From Malacoraja senta (Eukaryota), in assembly GCA_038087875.1 (NCBI GenBank), contig CM075990.1, positions 12,464,001 to 12,528,000 of the forward strand: a stretch of DNA of 64,000 nt, read 5' to 3'. Below, one piece after another: positions 26,376 to 39,625 of this stretch. How positions within the stretch are numbered: position 1 is the stretch's first letter; every line of letters starts with the position of its first letter. A model generated the notes under the pieces. That model was not told the DNA's origin. It ran no database searches and was given only the letters and a program-made list of their open reading frames with translations. A program made the position numbers and the translations under genes.

Positions 26376-27903
26376 TTACTCTGGCATTTTGTGCCTATCT
26401 TCACTGAGTTACTCCAGCACTTTGTGTCCTTTTGAGCATTTGAAGCACATGTACTTGAGATATTCAATGGAGATGTGCAACAATTTCCATCCCTCGCTGA
26501 TGCCCCGCTGCGGTAGGTGTGTTCACTGCACCCACCTAGACGCGACCTGCTTTGAAAATGTTGCAGAGCTGGGGGCTGGTGCTCAGCTGTTGTGAACACC
26601 TCTTCATGCAAGGGTCGGCTCCCCCAACAGCCTGCCCCCCTCGCCTCCCTGCCCACTGTTTTCTGTCACCATGCGATGCATCTGCTGCACTGCAGTGAAC
26701 CTTCCAGCAGCCTGAAGTGTCAGCCATGACTCAGGCCTTGTGAGAACATCTCTAATCTTATCTGATAAGCCTCCAGGAACAGTGCTTTTCAGAACAATTA
26801 ACTGCCTTAAAGGAGCGGTGTGTATTGATGTAGAAATAAGAATGGATCAGGTCTCGACCCGAAACGTCACCCATTCCTTCTCTCCAGAGATGCTGCCTGT
26901 CCCGCTGAGTTACTCCAGCATTTTGTGTCTATCTGCAAATGCTGATTTAAACTGAAGATAGACACAAAAAGGTGGAGTAACTCAGCCGGTCAGACAGCAT
27001 CTCTAGAGAAAAGGATTAGGTGGTGTTTTGGGTTGAGACCCTTCTTCAGTTATTCTACTATGGGCCAAGTCCCTCATCTCGTCCTCTCCCTCCCCTCCTC
27101 AAGCTCTCATTCCATCTGTCCTAAGTAGAAGATACTCATAGAGTTTGGAACACCAGAACCAGGCCCATGGCCCACTCTGTCTATGTTGACCATGAAGCAC
27201 TCATTAATGCAATTTTTTTTTTAAATTCTCTCTATATTCCCTTCAACTTCCTCTGCACATTAGGACACTGCACAATTCACCTACTAACCCGTACATTTTA
27301 GGATGTGGGAGGAAACCCGTATGGACTCCGGGGGAACGTGCAAACTCCACACAGTCAGCGTGGAGGTCAGATTGAATCTGAGTCACTGTAGCTCTGTGAA
27401 CTGCAGCAATGTGCCACTCACATTGACACAAAAAGCAATTGAGGGAAAAGGTTATGATTTATGGAGCTATAGTTGTGACTAAGGAGAGGATTTGAAGGAA
27501 AACACACACAGATATTCCATTCAGAGGAAAATACATTAATCCACATCTACTAATGAATCAAATTTTGGGAGCAGTTCACCGAGCTTACTCCAGCATTTTG
27601 GTGCAATAATAATTGATGATCATGTTCGGTCATTTCCCCAAATATAGACATTGTCTCCTTGTTAGTAAAACAGAATGTGCCGCTGCGTAATCCTTCGTCC
27701 GCGTCCCTGTTGGAACTTAAAATGGACGGTCCTTTGGTCCTGAATTTCCAACATAGCCTGGTTGCCGTCTATTGCTGCCACGTTTGTGTGGAATATATTT
27801 CATTGCGTAGCCCTTAGCAGTAAATACTCTGACAATTTGCACCACCTTATGTGTTCCTGCTCCAGCCAAGGTCCCATATGTGATACCATCCAGACGTGTC
27901 CGA

Positions 27904-27929
27904 TCACTTTGGAGAGTCTGGCACCAGTT
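27904..27929 (-). CDS. VSIR: VSIR last coding exon (coding part including stop)
   Basis: tttctgttctgcctgcag|AA CTG GTG CCA GAC TCT CCA AAG TGA = (E)LVPDSPK*, compared with human DPVPDSPNFEVI*. Confidence 0.88.
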
Positions 27930-28339
27930 CTGCAGGCAGAACAGAAATGAGATTACTGTCGGCATTTATTTCTGATTTGATATCCAGATACAGTTCTGCT
28001 ATAATGCGGGTTTCCATAACACAAATTCGATATATAACAAGTAATGAATTAGGAAATACGAGGAATTACCAGGCAGTCACGGGGAGAACGTACAAACTGC
28101 ATACAGACAGGATCGGACTGGGTCTCATGCGCTGTAAGGCAGTCACAATACCGCTGCGCTACTGTGCTGCCCCCAATTCTTTTGAAAAAAGTAGCTAGAG
28201 CTGTACTTATTCACGTTAACCAAAGATCTAGCATGATGAATAAGCTGGAAAATAATTGTAGAGTTGCAATAAAAAAGTTGCGGTTAAGTTTTGAACATTG
28301 CAATGAGTTTCCGTGCTGAGGTCTAGTGTACCTGACTCT

Positions 28340-28862
28340 ATATTATCAGGAAGTGACAATCTACACACAGCGCTGTCAAAAAAGAGCAGAGAGAATCATC
28401 AGAGACACACTACATCCAGCTCACTCCCTGCTCGAACACAAAAACTGCACATACAACCTCAGGCACAGACGAGCGGACAGCATCGTCACAAACAGAACAC
28501 GCTTTTTCAAGAGCTTCTTCCCTGCCACAGTGAGACTCTTGGCCAAAACAAAATGAACTGATGTCCTGACCCACCTCATAACATATCATATTATATCATA
28601 TTATATTGTCTCCTGGGCCTTTGCAATTTACAATGCAATCGACACTTTTATATAGGGTTTGTGTAATTTACAATGCTCTTCACTTTCCCCTTTATATAGG
28701 GTTTTAGGCACTTTCTTTTTTATTTCTAGAGAAGTATATGTTTTTATAGATTATGTGTCTTTCTGTGTGTCTTTTTAACTTGACTTGACTGAACAACCGC
28801 ACAAGAGTTCCTATGTGTGTAAGCACAAATGGCAAATAAAGTTTTTTGATTTTTTTGATTTG
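28340..28862 (+). mobile_element. Rex1/Babar-like LINE 3' end
   Basis: YTQRCQKRAERIIRDTLHPAHSLL...RTRFFKSFFPATVRLL, then 3'UTR, AATAAA and (TTTGA)n. Confidence 0.72.
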
Positions 28863-30816
28863 AAGTGGGTGCTTTTGGAGCTATACTCTGTGAGATGACT
28901 TTCCGTCTATTTAGTGGGTAAAACCCAAACACTGGGGCACAGTCTTTTACAGAGATTCCATCTGATGATTATGCAAAAACACATCTTAATTTCTATGTAA
29001 TTCCAGCTGCCTCTTGGCTACATTCGGCATTTTGGAAAATAAAAATGGAAAGATTGTTGATTCCTTCTTCCACAAGGCGACTGATATTTTTGCACCTCGT
29101 CACCAAGGAACCTTGTGCGGGACAGCGTTTGCACAGTCAAATTAAAATCTGAGCCTCCAGTGATTTACTTCTGTGCATTTTAATCTTCTCAGTCTACGAA
29201 CCCTCCGAGATTTTTATATTCTTCCAATTTGAACATCTTGCTCACTGCAAATTTTACTCGCCACCAGCCCAGCTTCCTTCACTCCCCAATCTCCCTGTCT
29301 TCCCAACCTCTGCCACCACCCTCCCCGACCATATCCCACAGTTTACCAGGCACCAAACTTTGGCATCTCTCCTTAGATTTCTGTTCTGAACCATCTTCCT
29401 CTTCAGACCCAACTTACAATTTGAGACGGCTGAATGTTTGACGATCAGCCCAAATTTCTCTCATTATATCTTGATGTCAAATTGTGATTGATGTCATTAT
29501 TTTTGCAAGATCTTTGGACTTTTGAATGTGTTAAATACTCAAGAGTCAAGAGAGAGTCAAGAATGTTTTATTGTCAAATGTCCCAGATAGAACAATGAGA
29601 TTCTTAATTGCAGCCAATAATTACTTGGAGACAATACTCAAATATAAACTGGATCTCTATGTAGTCCTCTGGAGCTTGTGTGCTGCAGAAATGCTTGTAT
29701 TATTTAAATGGAGCACAAGCATAGTGGTGCACCAGTTAGTATTGCATAAACTAACCATCTTTGCAAAGCATTTAGCTGTTAACCACAACACCGCTGTCTT
29801 GGCAGGTATGCACACAGGTTGGGTGTTCGAACCTATCTCTTCAAGACTGTTTTTTAAGGGTTTTAACACCTTCAAGATTCATCAAGTGAGATATCAATTA
29901 AAAACTTCTGATTGGCCCAGCTGGTTCGATATAGTTTTTAAAACTTCTTTCTCCTCTAAAAGAAGGTTAAGCATTTTAAAGTGGGCTTGAGAAATATATT
30001 ATGAAAGGTGTATAAAATACAAGAAAGTGGTTTAAACTAAAGACTGTTCTCAAGTTTAGGTTGGTTGTCTCTTTTGATCTTCGTTTCCTCCTGCCCTCCC
30101 CCATCTACAGTGACTCTTACTCTCCACCTCACACCCCACCCTTACTAACCACCTCCTCCAGAACGCCCACCTCCCTCATTTCCTCCTCTCCTGTTCTCTC
30201 CCCATCCCGCTTTTGTGTCCCAGTGCGCTCCGTCGCTCCGAGCCTCGCTGTTCCTCCTCACATTCAGGACTCAATGATGAGAGTTACGAGGGGCTGGATA
30301 GGCTGGGACTTTTTCTCTGCAGTGTGGGAGGCTGAGGGGTGACGTTATCGAGGGTCACGAGGGGACAAGGATGAAGTCACCGCCTTTTGTCCAGGATACA
30401 GTCCAGAACTAGTAGGGATAAGTGAGAGTGGAAGAGATCTGAGGGGCCACGGAGAGGGTGATGCGTGACTGAGATGGGCTGCCAGAGGAAATGGTAGAGG
30501 CAGGTAACAGTGACAACATTTAATAGACATTTTGACAAGTACATGGATAGGAAATGATGGGAGGGAAATGGGCTAAATGCGGGAGAGCAGGACTAGTTCA
30601 GTTCTAAAACCTGGTCAGCATGGATGAGTTGGGCTGAAGGGCATGTTTCCATGCTGTGTGATCCATTCATGTACAGGCTTGGTGCACATTCGTTGCCTTT
30701 TAACTGTCTCTCTCCAAGCCCCATCTCTTTCTCACTCATTCTCTATTTTTCTCTCTCCACAGCTTTCTCTCTCCCTCTCTCACATACTATCTCTGCCACA
30801 CGCTCACTCTCTCTTA

Positions 30817-30997
30817 AGGGCCTGTCCCACTTGGGCGTCATGCAGGTGGCGCGCAAAGATTTTGTGGATCCCAAAATCCTGGGGCGCCGCGCGCGACCGG
30901 GCATCATTGCCTATGCCACCACGTCTCACCACGCGCGTGACGCGTAAATGATGTCGCGTAAATGACGCGCAAATAACGCCCAAGTGGGACAGGCACT
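30817..30997. mobile_element. PIF/Harbinger-type MITE
   Basis: Same TIR, flanks TTA/TAA. Confidence 0.82.
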
Positions 30998-31049
30998 TAA
31001 CACACTCCCTGTTTTTCTCACACAAGCACTCGCGCGTTCATACACATCT

Positions 31050-31188
31050 CCCTCTCACGCTCTCTCCCTCTCACGCTCTCTCCCTCTCGCACTCCCTCTC
31101 ACACTCTCCCTCTCACACTCTCCCTCTCACACTCTCCCTCTCACACTCTCCCTCTCACACTCTCACTCTCACACTCACCCTCTCACAG
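31050..31188. repeat. 14-bp minisatellite (ACACTCTCCCTCTC)n
   Basis: About 4-5 near-exact units with degenerate flanks. Confidence 0.85.
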
Positions 31189-31321
31189 TCTAACACAGTC
31201 TGTCTATAACCAGTGCATTTTTCAGTGCACTTGCAATAGGTTCTGTGCGAATGCTTTCTCACTTGCGTGCGCTTGCTTCTGTATCGTGCCCGTGCAGTCA
31301 GTGTATAAAGAGAACACTTAC

Positions 31322-31500
31322 CCAGTACTGGGAAGAATCGCTGTGCAGCCACGGGGGACGCTGGGGTGTTGGGCTCGGAGAGCAGGTGCCGATCGGATTC
31401 GGACAGAATTCGGCCGCTGATGGACGGTGCTCTAGGTTTCATTTCTGAATTGTGCGTCAAGATTTCCTCAAATACTGGATTCTCCACTCCTATCACCTCG
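31322..31500 (-). CDS. VSIR: VSIR cytoplasmic exon (179 bp)
   Basis: tttctacatttcatag|C GAG...CTG G|gtaagt. Encodes EVIGVENPVFEE...SESDRHLLSEPNTPASP...FFPVL (human GIENPGFE...SESGRHLLSEPSTPLSP...FFPSL). Confidence 0.93.
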
Positions 31501-31899
31501 CTATGAAATGTAGAAAAACAACATGGCTCAGCGTATAGAAACAAGGAACTGCAGGTGCTGGTTTACACAAAAGGACACAAAGTGCTCAGTGATTCAAGCA
31601 GCATCTCTGGAGAACATGGATAAATGACGTTTCAGATCAGGACCCTTCTTCAGACCTTCCTGCAAAGTTCCTATGGGAGTCCAATTTTCAGCATAAGAGC
31701 TTTGCTGGCTAGACCACCATTTATTGTCCATCCTGAATTACCCTTTAGAAGATGGGAGTGAACGACCTTCTTGCACCCCTGCAGTCCTTCTGGTGAAGGT
31801 ATTCCTTCAAGGCTCTTGGATATGGTGTTTCAGAATTTGGACCCAGCAATGATAAAACAATAACAACATAGTTATGATTCAGGATAGTGTGTGCCCATG

Positions 31900-32760
31900 T
31901 CATAAGTTCATACGTTCTATAGATGGTCGTGGGGTGCTTCATTTGATGAGAAATGGTTAAGGGGTTTGAATATTGTGCAATCAACAGTGGGCATCCCCTC
32001 TATTGTCCTTACAATGGATTGGAATGACCATCAATGAAGCTGCCAACAATCATTTGATCGAGGACACTGTCCAGGGGACCTCGTGCAGTGATGCCCTCGG
32101 CCTGCGATGGTCGATGTCCAACAGCCACGCACCTACCTTTGTGCCAGCTATGATTCCAACCACTGGAGACTTTTCCTTTACTACCCATTGACTTCAGTAG
32201 GGCCCTTTGAAGCCACACCTGGTCAAATGCTGCCTTGCTGTCAAGGGCAGTCACTCGAAGCTCACCTGTGCAACATAGCTCTGGCCCCTGTTTGGATCAA
32301 GGCCTTGGACCTGAGGTCACATATTCTGATAAAACTCAAACTAGGTTTCAGTCTGAAGAAGGGTTTCCGACCGGAAATGTCGCCTATTCCGTTTCTCCAG
32401 AGATACTGCCTGACCCACTGAGTTACTCCAGCATCCTGTGTCTATCTAGAATTCAGTGCACTGTTTATTGGAATGTAATGCTCAATAGCATCACTATGTT
32501 GATGGTTGAGAATGATTGAGTTGACAATGCTTAGGTGATTGGATTTGTCCTGCTTTCGCTGGACAGGATACAATAGGGTCATTTTCCGCATTGCTGGGTA
32601 GATGCTAGTTTTGTTGACATTCTGGAACAGCCTGGTTAAAGGTGGCACTAGTGTAGGAGTGCTGGACTTCAATATTACACCTGGGATGCAGCCTGGTCCC
32701 ATTGCCTTCAGTGCATCCAGTGCTCACAGCCATTTCCCAATGTCACATGGAGTGAATTAA
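31900..32760 (-). mobile_element. Degraded LINE RT fragment interrupted by a Penelope-like piece
   Basis: Remnants PLTRLFQ...YPVQRKQDKSN and ALDSKAAFDQVW. Confidence 0.7.
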
Positions 32761-33105
32761 AATGGTTAAGGAGTGGCTTATGTGAAAGTGAAGATATTGG
32801 AAAGAAGATATGATAGCAAATCATAGGTGGGGCTGTTGTGCAGCTCCACACTGCAACTGCCCAAATATCACTGTGCCTCCACGTGAACTGGAGAGAAACA
32901 CAAATCTGATGGTTTATCATCTATTTGACTTTACCCTTCCACTAGCTGACCACCTCCCCAGCCCTACCACCGCCCCCTAGTCTGTGCCCAATGAGGCTCT
33001 GAATGATTTCCAGTTCCACAATCCATCCGCACACTTGGATGATCTGGCAAAGAAAAAGGGAACGTCCCCAAGAGCTTAAAGACTTGTAACAGTTGGGGAA
33101 CTTAC

Positions 33106-33133
33106 CTGTCCATTCGGACAAGCTCGTGGGCTC
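33106..33133 (-). CDS. VSIR: VSIR 28-bp exon
   Basis: ttttttttaaattgcag|GA GCC CAC GAG CTT GTC CGA ATG GAC AG|gtaagt = (R)AHELVRMD(S), compared with human RAQELVRMDS. Phases fit both neighbours. Confidence 0.92.
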
Positions 33134-34395
33134 CTGCAATTTAAAAAAAAATGAGGTGAGAAAAAGCCAAACATTTCAAATGAAGATTTCAATAGAAAAG
33201 ACACAGACAATGTTGAACGTTTAATGTTTACATTGCATCTAAGTTCATAGGATATAGGAGCAGAATTAGGCCATTTGGCCCATCAAATCTACTCTGCCCA
33301 TCAATCATAGCTGATCCATCTTTCCCTCTCAACTTCCTTCTCCTGCCTTCTCACCATAACCCCTGACAACCGCACTAATGAAGAATCTATCAATCTTCAC
33401 CGTAAAAATATCCATTGACTTGGCTTCCGCAGCTGTCTGTGGCAAGCTCTGCATAACAGTGGACCATTGGACATGGTGGTTCTACACAAAGCCTACTTGT
33501 ATCCATCTCTATGTAACGCAGCCTTCCACAGTCTCCTTGATGGGTTTAGCAGGCTTCCCCTTTAATGGGCTTCACCTGGTTAAAGGTTAGTTTCCAGAGG
33601 GACATTTGGCGGTGTTGATGGTGATGCTTTACTCTGTACCAACTTGGCTGCGTCATGGAGCGATGTGCAGGAGTAGGAAAGTGTTGTGTGATGCCTGATT
33701 ATCATCAGCAGTAGCTGAAACCTCAGACATTTTTGTTAAACCCTGTTTTAATCTGGTGGGGATATCACCTACTAAATTATGCCGATTATGTTAGACTTTC
33801 TCTGACTATCAAACCACAAGCCCCAAGCGTTTTGACTTTAAGTTGACGTTGCAGAATGGAATTGTCGAGGTGCTGCCGACAAAGTGAGTTTGGCTCCAAG
33901 GCTGTGCCCGAGGGCATCAGAAAGAGCAACATGCAATGCCCACTGACTCTGTGAGTCATGTTGCTCATTCTGATGCCACAAGTTGCAACCAAGAAGGATC
34001 CTCCGCCAGCCAGCTGCCCCGTTCAATAACGTCATGGTTGATACTCAACAAATTTCCACCTGGTCTCCATAATCTTTGATGACACAATCATAAAACACCT
34101 CGCATCCTGAGATCTCCTTCTTGGTTGCATTTGCAGCAAATTGGAGCAGAAAATGACAAAGTCCAGTACATTTGTCAACCTGAAGCTATGCCCCCTTGCT
34201 CTGCATTCTCCAGATTGAGGATCCGGTCGCTTAGCATCACCCTGTTAATCCTTTCAAGGTTTGCTTTATTTAGATTACTTGATTTTCTTGTCAACGCCAT
34301 TGGGTTTGATCCCAATCGACTTGATCTCTCCTTAATCCTCTTACCAAGTCTCTGAGGTAATGCAGGTGAAAATGTATCTGGTAATGCATGAGATT

Positions 34396-34666
34396 AGTTT
34401 AGTGTTTAGTTTGGAGACACAGCGTAGAAACAGGCCCTTTGCTCCACCGAATCTGCGCCAAACAAAATTCGCCCGTACACTAGTTCTATCCTACACGCTA
34501 GGGACAATTTGCAGAAGCCAATTAACCTATAAACCTGCACATCTTTGGAATGTGAGAGGAAACTGGAGCACCCGAAGGAAACCCGGGAAGTCACAGGGAG
34601 GACGTACAAACTCCGCACAGACAGGACCTGTAGTCAGGATCGAGCCTAGGTCTCTGGCGCTGTAAG
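34396..34666 (-). mobile_element. HE1-like V-SINE
   Basis: Tail, V-domain and B box present. Confidence 0.8.
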
Positions 34667-35713
34667 GAGCATGTAAGATGCTTCACCAGGTTAAAGGTTT
34701 GTTTTGTGCAAGGACATTTGTCAGTGTTGAAGCTGATGCTTTGCTCTGCACCAACGTGGCTGCATCATGGAGCGGGGTGCAGGAGGAGATAAGTGCAGTG
34801 TGATGTCTGATTATCATCTGCAGTAGCAAAATCCTCTGAAAATCGTTTGTTACTGTAAGATTTTGTGGAGCAAGCTTGGTAGCGAATCAGTTATTGCAGG
34901 GCAATCTGGGAATAGGTAGAACACTGCTGGTGAATCTGGTAGTGCGGGTTTCATTGCAGGGTAAGTCTGGTCTTGAATTATTGATGGGTAGATCTGGTCA
35001 TATGCAAGACTTTAGGGTGCATGGTTGTAATGCATAAATCATTGCGGAGTGAGTCTGAGAATGCTTCTTCATTACGAGGTGGATGTGAGAGTGGGTCGGT
35101 CATGGTCAAGTATGTGAGGAAGTAGTAACAACTGCAGCCTGCATCTGGAAGTCATTGCAAGCTGCATCTGGAGGTATCATGAATACTCTGGGGTGCATCT
35201 GGATGTGCATCAGTCAATGCAGGGCTGGTCAATGCTGGTCCATTTCATTGCTGCAGGTTACCACTGAGACAATATCATTCATGCAAAACCCCCTCTGTAC
35301 ACGTGTGGAGGTTGCTGTATCCAGGGACAATTATTTGATTTGATTATTTTGTTTTGCAATATGATTTATTTTTTTATTTGGTGCTATTTGGAAATGGTGT
35401 GAATGCTGTACATCAGCCCAAAGCCGTGCAATTCTGAGCTCCGCATTTCCAAAGCCCCACCAATTAGATGCGTGAGTAAGAAGGAAGCTGGTTTACACTG
35501 AAGATAGACACAAAATGCTGAAGTAACTCAGCGGGACAGGCAGCATCTCTGGAGAGAAGGAATGCGTGACGTTTCGGGTCGAGACTTTTCTTACAGTCTG
35601 AAAAAACGTGTCGACCTGAAACGTCACGCATTCCTTTTCTCCAGAGATGCTGCCTGCTGAGTTACTACAGCATTCTGTGTCTCACTAGATGCTCGAGTTA
35701 ATCTGTTACTTAC

Positions 35714-35824
35714 TTCTCCTGGCACCCGTCTCGTGCCTCTGTTTGTATATGAGCAGTAGAATCAAAGGGAGCGACAAGATGGTGATCACACATCCCGTGG
35801 TGGCCAATGCGATGGCTGTGGTGG
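35714..35824 (-). CDS. VSIR: VSIR transmembrane exon (111 bp)
   Basis: ttaccccag|CC ACC...AGG AGA A|gtaagt. Encodes TTAIALATTGCVITILSLPLILLLIYKQRHETGARR (human [28 protein letters not shown]). Not in the ORF track. Confidence 0.93.
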
Positions 35825-36048
35825 CTGGGGTAATAATCAAAAGCCAAGAGATTATTCAGTGTGCTTTTCCAATGCCAGTACACTATGGAACTAAGATACC
35901 CAAGTACAACATTGGCGATATGCAGAGTACTGCCCTGCCGACTACAAATTCAGAAGGTTTAGAAGGTTCATTGTAGAATGAAACAGACCGTCACGCATTT
36001 TGGTCCTCATTGCTCAGTAAATATTTCCATTTCAATATTTATATAGAA

Positions 36049-36282
36049 CAGGGGTTCCCAACCTTTTTCGTCCCGTTTACCCCTGGCAACTCTAATAGCA
36101 CATAACAATGTTATTTCACTTATTTATGACCAACTAATGATGAACAGATACCTGTATACCAGAACCAAACGCAGTCAGTCAATGAGAAAAAATCTGTACA
36201 AATCCAGAATCAACAACTTTACCCCCTGGGTAGGCAACATTTATTCCCTGGGGGTAAATTTACCCCAGGTCGGGAACCCTTG
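36049..36282. mobile_element. hAT (Charlie-like) MITE
   Basis: TIR CAGGGGTTCCCAACC; perfect 8-bp TSD ATATAGAA at 36041-36048 and 36283-36290. Confidence 0.9.
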
Positions 36283-38918
36283 ATATAGAAGATAGACACA
36301 AAAAACTGGATTAACTCAGCGGGTCAGACAGCACCTCTGGAGAAAAGGAATAGGTGACGTTTTGGGTCGAGACCCTTCCTCAGTCTGAAGAAGGGTCTCA
36401 ACCCGAAATGTCACCTATTCCTTCTCTCCAGAGATGCTGCCTGTCCCGCTGAGTCACTCCGGCTTTTTGTGTCTATCTTCGGTTGAAACCAGCATCTGCA
36501 GTTCCTTCCTACAAACTCATTGTTTTTTTTAGTTCTCTTTGGAAGTTACTAAAAATTAGCAATCACATTAACAATCGAGATACTTTTTCACAGCACACCC
36601 CGTAGTTCTGAATAGCTAAAGAGGTCTCCTCTGACGTGCGTCTTTGGGGTCGCACGGATTTGTACCATGCGTTGGTTTGCCAATAATGAACTCATCCAAA
36701 ACACTGGAGACACGAGAAACCGCAGATGCTGGAATCTTGAGCCAAACACAAATTGCTGTGGAAGAACTTAGTGGGTCAGGCAGCATCTGTGGTGGGAATG
36801 GACTGACATTCCCTGTTTGAAGAGGGGACCCGACCCGAAACGTCATCTGTTCGTTCCCTCCACAGATGCTGCCCGACACACTGAATCACTCCAGCACTTT
36901 GTGTTTTGCTAATTCTAGAGTCTAAAATGCATTGTTATGCATGCAGCAGTCATAATGTGTAATGGATAATGGTGCTGCATACGTTACACAGCGAGCAATC
37001 TCACCTTTTGTAATCAAGGCGTGCACGTCAAGTATCCTTGTTTATTGCATTAATTTGTCAGCTTCATTGAATCCTTCCAAAGACACAGTAATTTGCCCTC
37101 AGCCACTGGCATTAAATGCTTGATTGCGCAGCAAATGTGCATTGTACTCTGCTTCAAGATTCAATTCTATTGACTTCGTCGACAATGAATTTTAGAATCA
37201 GAGCACAATGTGCAAATGTCACTATGTCAGGTGGTAGTGACGGCAAGCAGTTACCTCCGCCATTAGTTCCCATACCAAGGTGCAGTGTAATAAAGAACCT
37301 GTCAACTTAGGTACCGCTGATGGACGGCCCGGCGTGGGGAGACTGCCGTGGGGGACGGTGGGAGAACAAAGGGGAACCCGGTGTGAGGGGGGCTCTAGTT
37401 TTAGAATCCTCTGCCCAGGGTTTAAGTCTGCATTGGTTTGTTTGTTGTTCGTTCCGGTGAAGGCGCTGTGCACACGGCAGCCAGCCATCACTCGCTTTTT
37501 CCTCTTTCTGTTTTGCACTTTTCATTTCAAGTTCAGTTTTTTTTTCCCTCTGTGTACCTTGTGTGTTGTGACTGTTGGCAGACCAATTTCCCTCTGGGGA
37601 TGAATAAAGTTTCATCGTATGGGATCGCAAAATTATACTTCAGCTTCAGTGCAAGAACCGAAAAATCTGTATCTGAGGTTGGTCGCCTGATCATTGCCAC
37701 GTGAGTGAACTTGCTCAAAATATGCAGGACAAATAAGGAACATCTGCCGTACCAACCTGCTCGATGGAGAGGGTTTGGGGCAAGAAACTCGTCGAGGCGT
37801 GAAGTAGTTGCAGGTTGTTTGGTTTCATAAGGTCATAAGTGATAGGAACAGAATTAGGCTATACCGTCGTTCAAGTCTACTCCGCCATTCAATCTATGGC
37901 TGGTCTACCTCTCCCTCCTAAACCCATTCTCCTGCCTTCTCCCCATAACCCCTGACACCCAGGGGTTTGCCCTGTGATTTCAGCAGGTCAAGTCAAGTCA
38001 AGTCAAGAGACTTTATTGTCATGTGTCCCAGATAGGACAATGAAATTCTTGCTTGCTGCAGCACAGGTCATGCCAAGAGCCGCCACAGTGTTGCAGAAAA
38101 TTGGCTCGGTATTCTCCTTGGGCCGAGAAGCATGATAAGAGATTGGATGGAGGAGGTTGAAATTAAGATGGATTTAATCAAGGACACTAAAGAGAAATCC
38201 TGACCCAAAAGTTGATAATGCCACACATATTTAAGGAAAAAAGACGTATTAATGAAGTCCACTGCCCAGTGGTCTGGTGGAAGTAACGTTCAAAAAGGAA
38301 GGAGATAAGTGGTTGAAGTTGCCTGGTAATGGGTGAAGAATGGGGCTTTGGGGATGACTGGAAACAGAGAATGGAAACTCAGTGGATAAAATGGCATCTT
38401 TTACAGGGTTGTTCTGCAGATGTGGGTGAACAAACTGATAGCACGGTTTTCATGGTGTGTGTGTTTGGTGGGGGTGGGAAGAAGGTTGCGAATCTAGGTT
38501 TCCTCTGCAGGTACATAGATATTTATCTCACATTCCCGGATGCTCTCAGCAATGGTCAAAGTGTTGTTCTCTTGAAATGAAGGTGTAGGATGAAGGGAAC
38601 ATTCCCAGCTGGGCACACATGGAATAAACTGAGCTTTAACATCTGGGAGAAGAACGGAACCCAGGGGAGAGACAAGACTTTGCCTTCCATCACAGTGAGG
38701 AGGAGATTCACTGTGATGGATGTTTGTGTAAATTGCGTTGGTTCTTTTCTTCTTGTATGACTGCAGAAACCAAATTTCGTTTGAACTTCATTTGAGGTTC
38801 AAATGACAATAAATAAATTGTATAATTGTATAATTGCAACCATCCTGCTGGGCAGACGTGAAGTGAAGTTACAAAGTTCGTCGTGGCGGTTGGCGTTAGA
38901 GATACAAAGAGGCCACGA

Positions 38919-39252
38919 AGGGCCTGTCCCACTTACGCGACTTTTTCGGCGACTGCCGGCACCCGTCATAGGTCGCCGAAATGTTTCAACATGTTGAAAA
39001 TTCAGCGGCGACCAGAAAGACGCTACGACTATTTGGGTGACTAGGAGACCTCTCACGACCATAGAGGCGACCCCCTGGCGACATGTCGCGGGGTGAAGCC
39101 TGTATGGTCGTGAGTAGTCGCCCAAAGAGTCGTACGTACCTTGTTCTGGTCGCCGCTGGATTTTCAACATGTTGGACATTTTCAGCGACCTGTAACGACC
39201 TATGACGGGTGCCGACAGTCACCGAAAAAGTCGCGTAAGTGGGACAGGCCCT
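38919..39252. mobile_element. PIF/Harbinger-type MITE
   Basis: AGGGCCTGTCCCACTTACGCGACTTTTTCGG...CCGAAAAAGTCGCGTAAGTGGGACAGGCCCT; right flank TAA. Confidence 0.88.
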
Positions 39253-39293
39253 TAAGGATTTGTTTCTCCCAGATGTATGGAGTAACATCTTAC

Positions 39294-39362
39294 CTTCTGA
39301 GTCTGATTCTCCTTTCACGTCTTGAACAGTACACTTTCGATTGGAGGCCTGACTGCCGTTTG
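39294..39362 (-). CDS. VSIR: VSIR stalk exon (69 bp, phase 1-1)
   Basis: ttcatattttgcag|CA AAC...TCA GAA G|gtaaga. Encodes (A)NGSQASNRKCTVQDVKGESDSE, keeping the stalk Cys and DSE of human ..SNCVVYPSSSQDSE. Confidence 0.88.
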
Positions 39363-39625
39363 CTGCAAAATATGAACATATTTGGATTAAGCAGTGATCT
39401 GTTGGTGTTTCACCGTCATTGCCTGGCATATGGTCCCTCTTGAGAGAAAATAATAACAAATTGGGGAAATTCCAATGGCAGATCCCATTCTTTGTTCTAT
39501 GGAACTGAGCACACAGGTGTTTCTGTCACATAACTGGAAGCTCATTCATGTACTTTCTCAGAAGGCATTTTCTACATATCTATCCTGAGGTTTTCTTTCA
39601 CTAGCTTTGAAAGATCTGTATTTGT

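Noticed and set aside
34179..34377. Minus-strand open frame after a cag (TFSPALPQRLGKR...ASG*) as an alternative VSIR terminal exon
   Set aside because: No recognisable homology, poor pyrimidine tract and it abuts a SINE; unsupported without RNA data.
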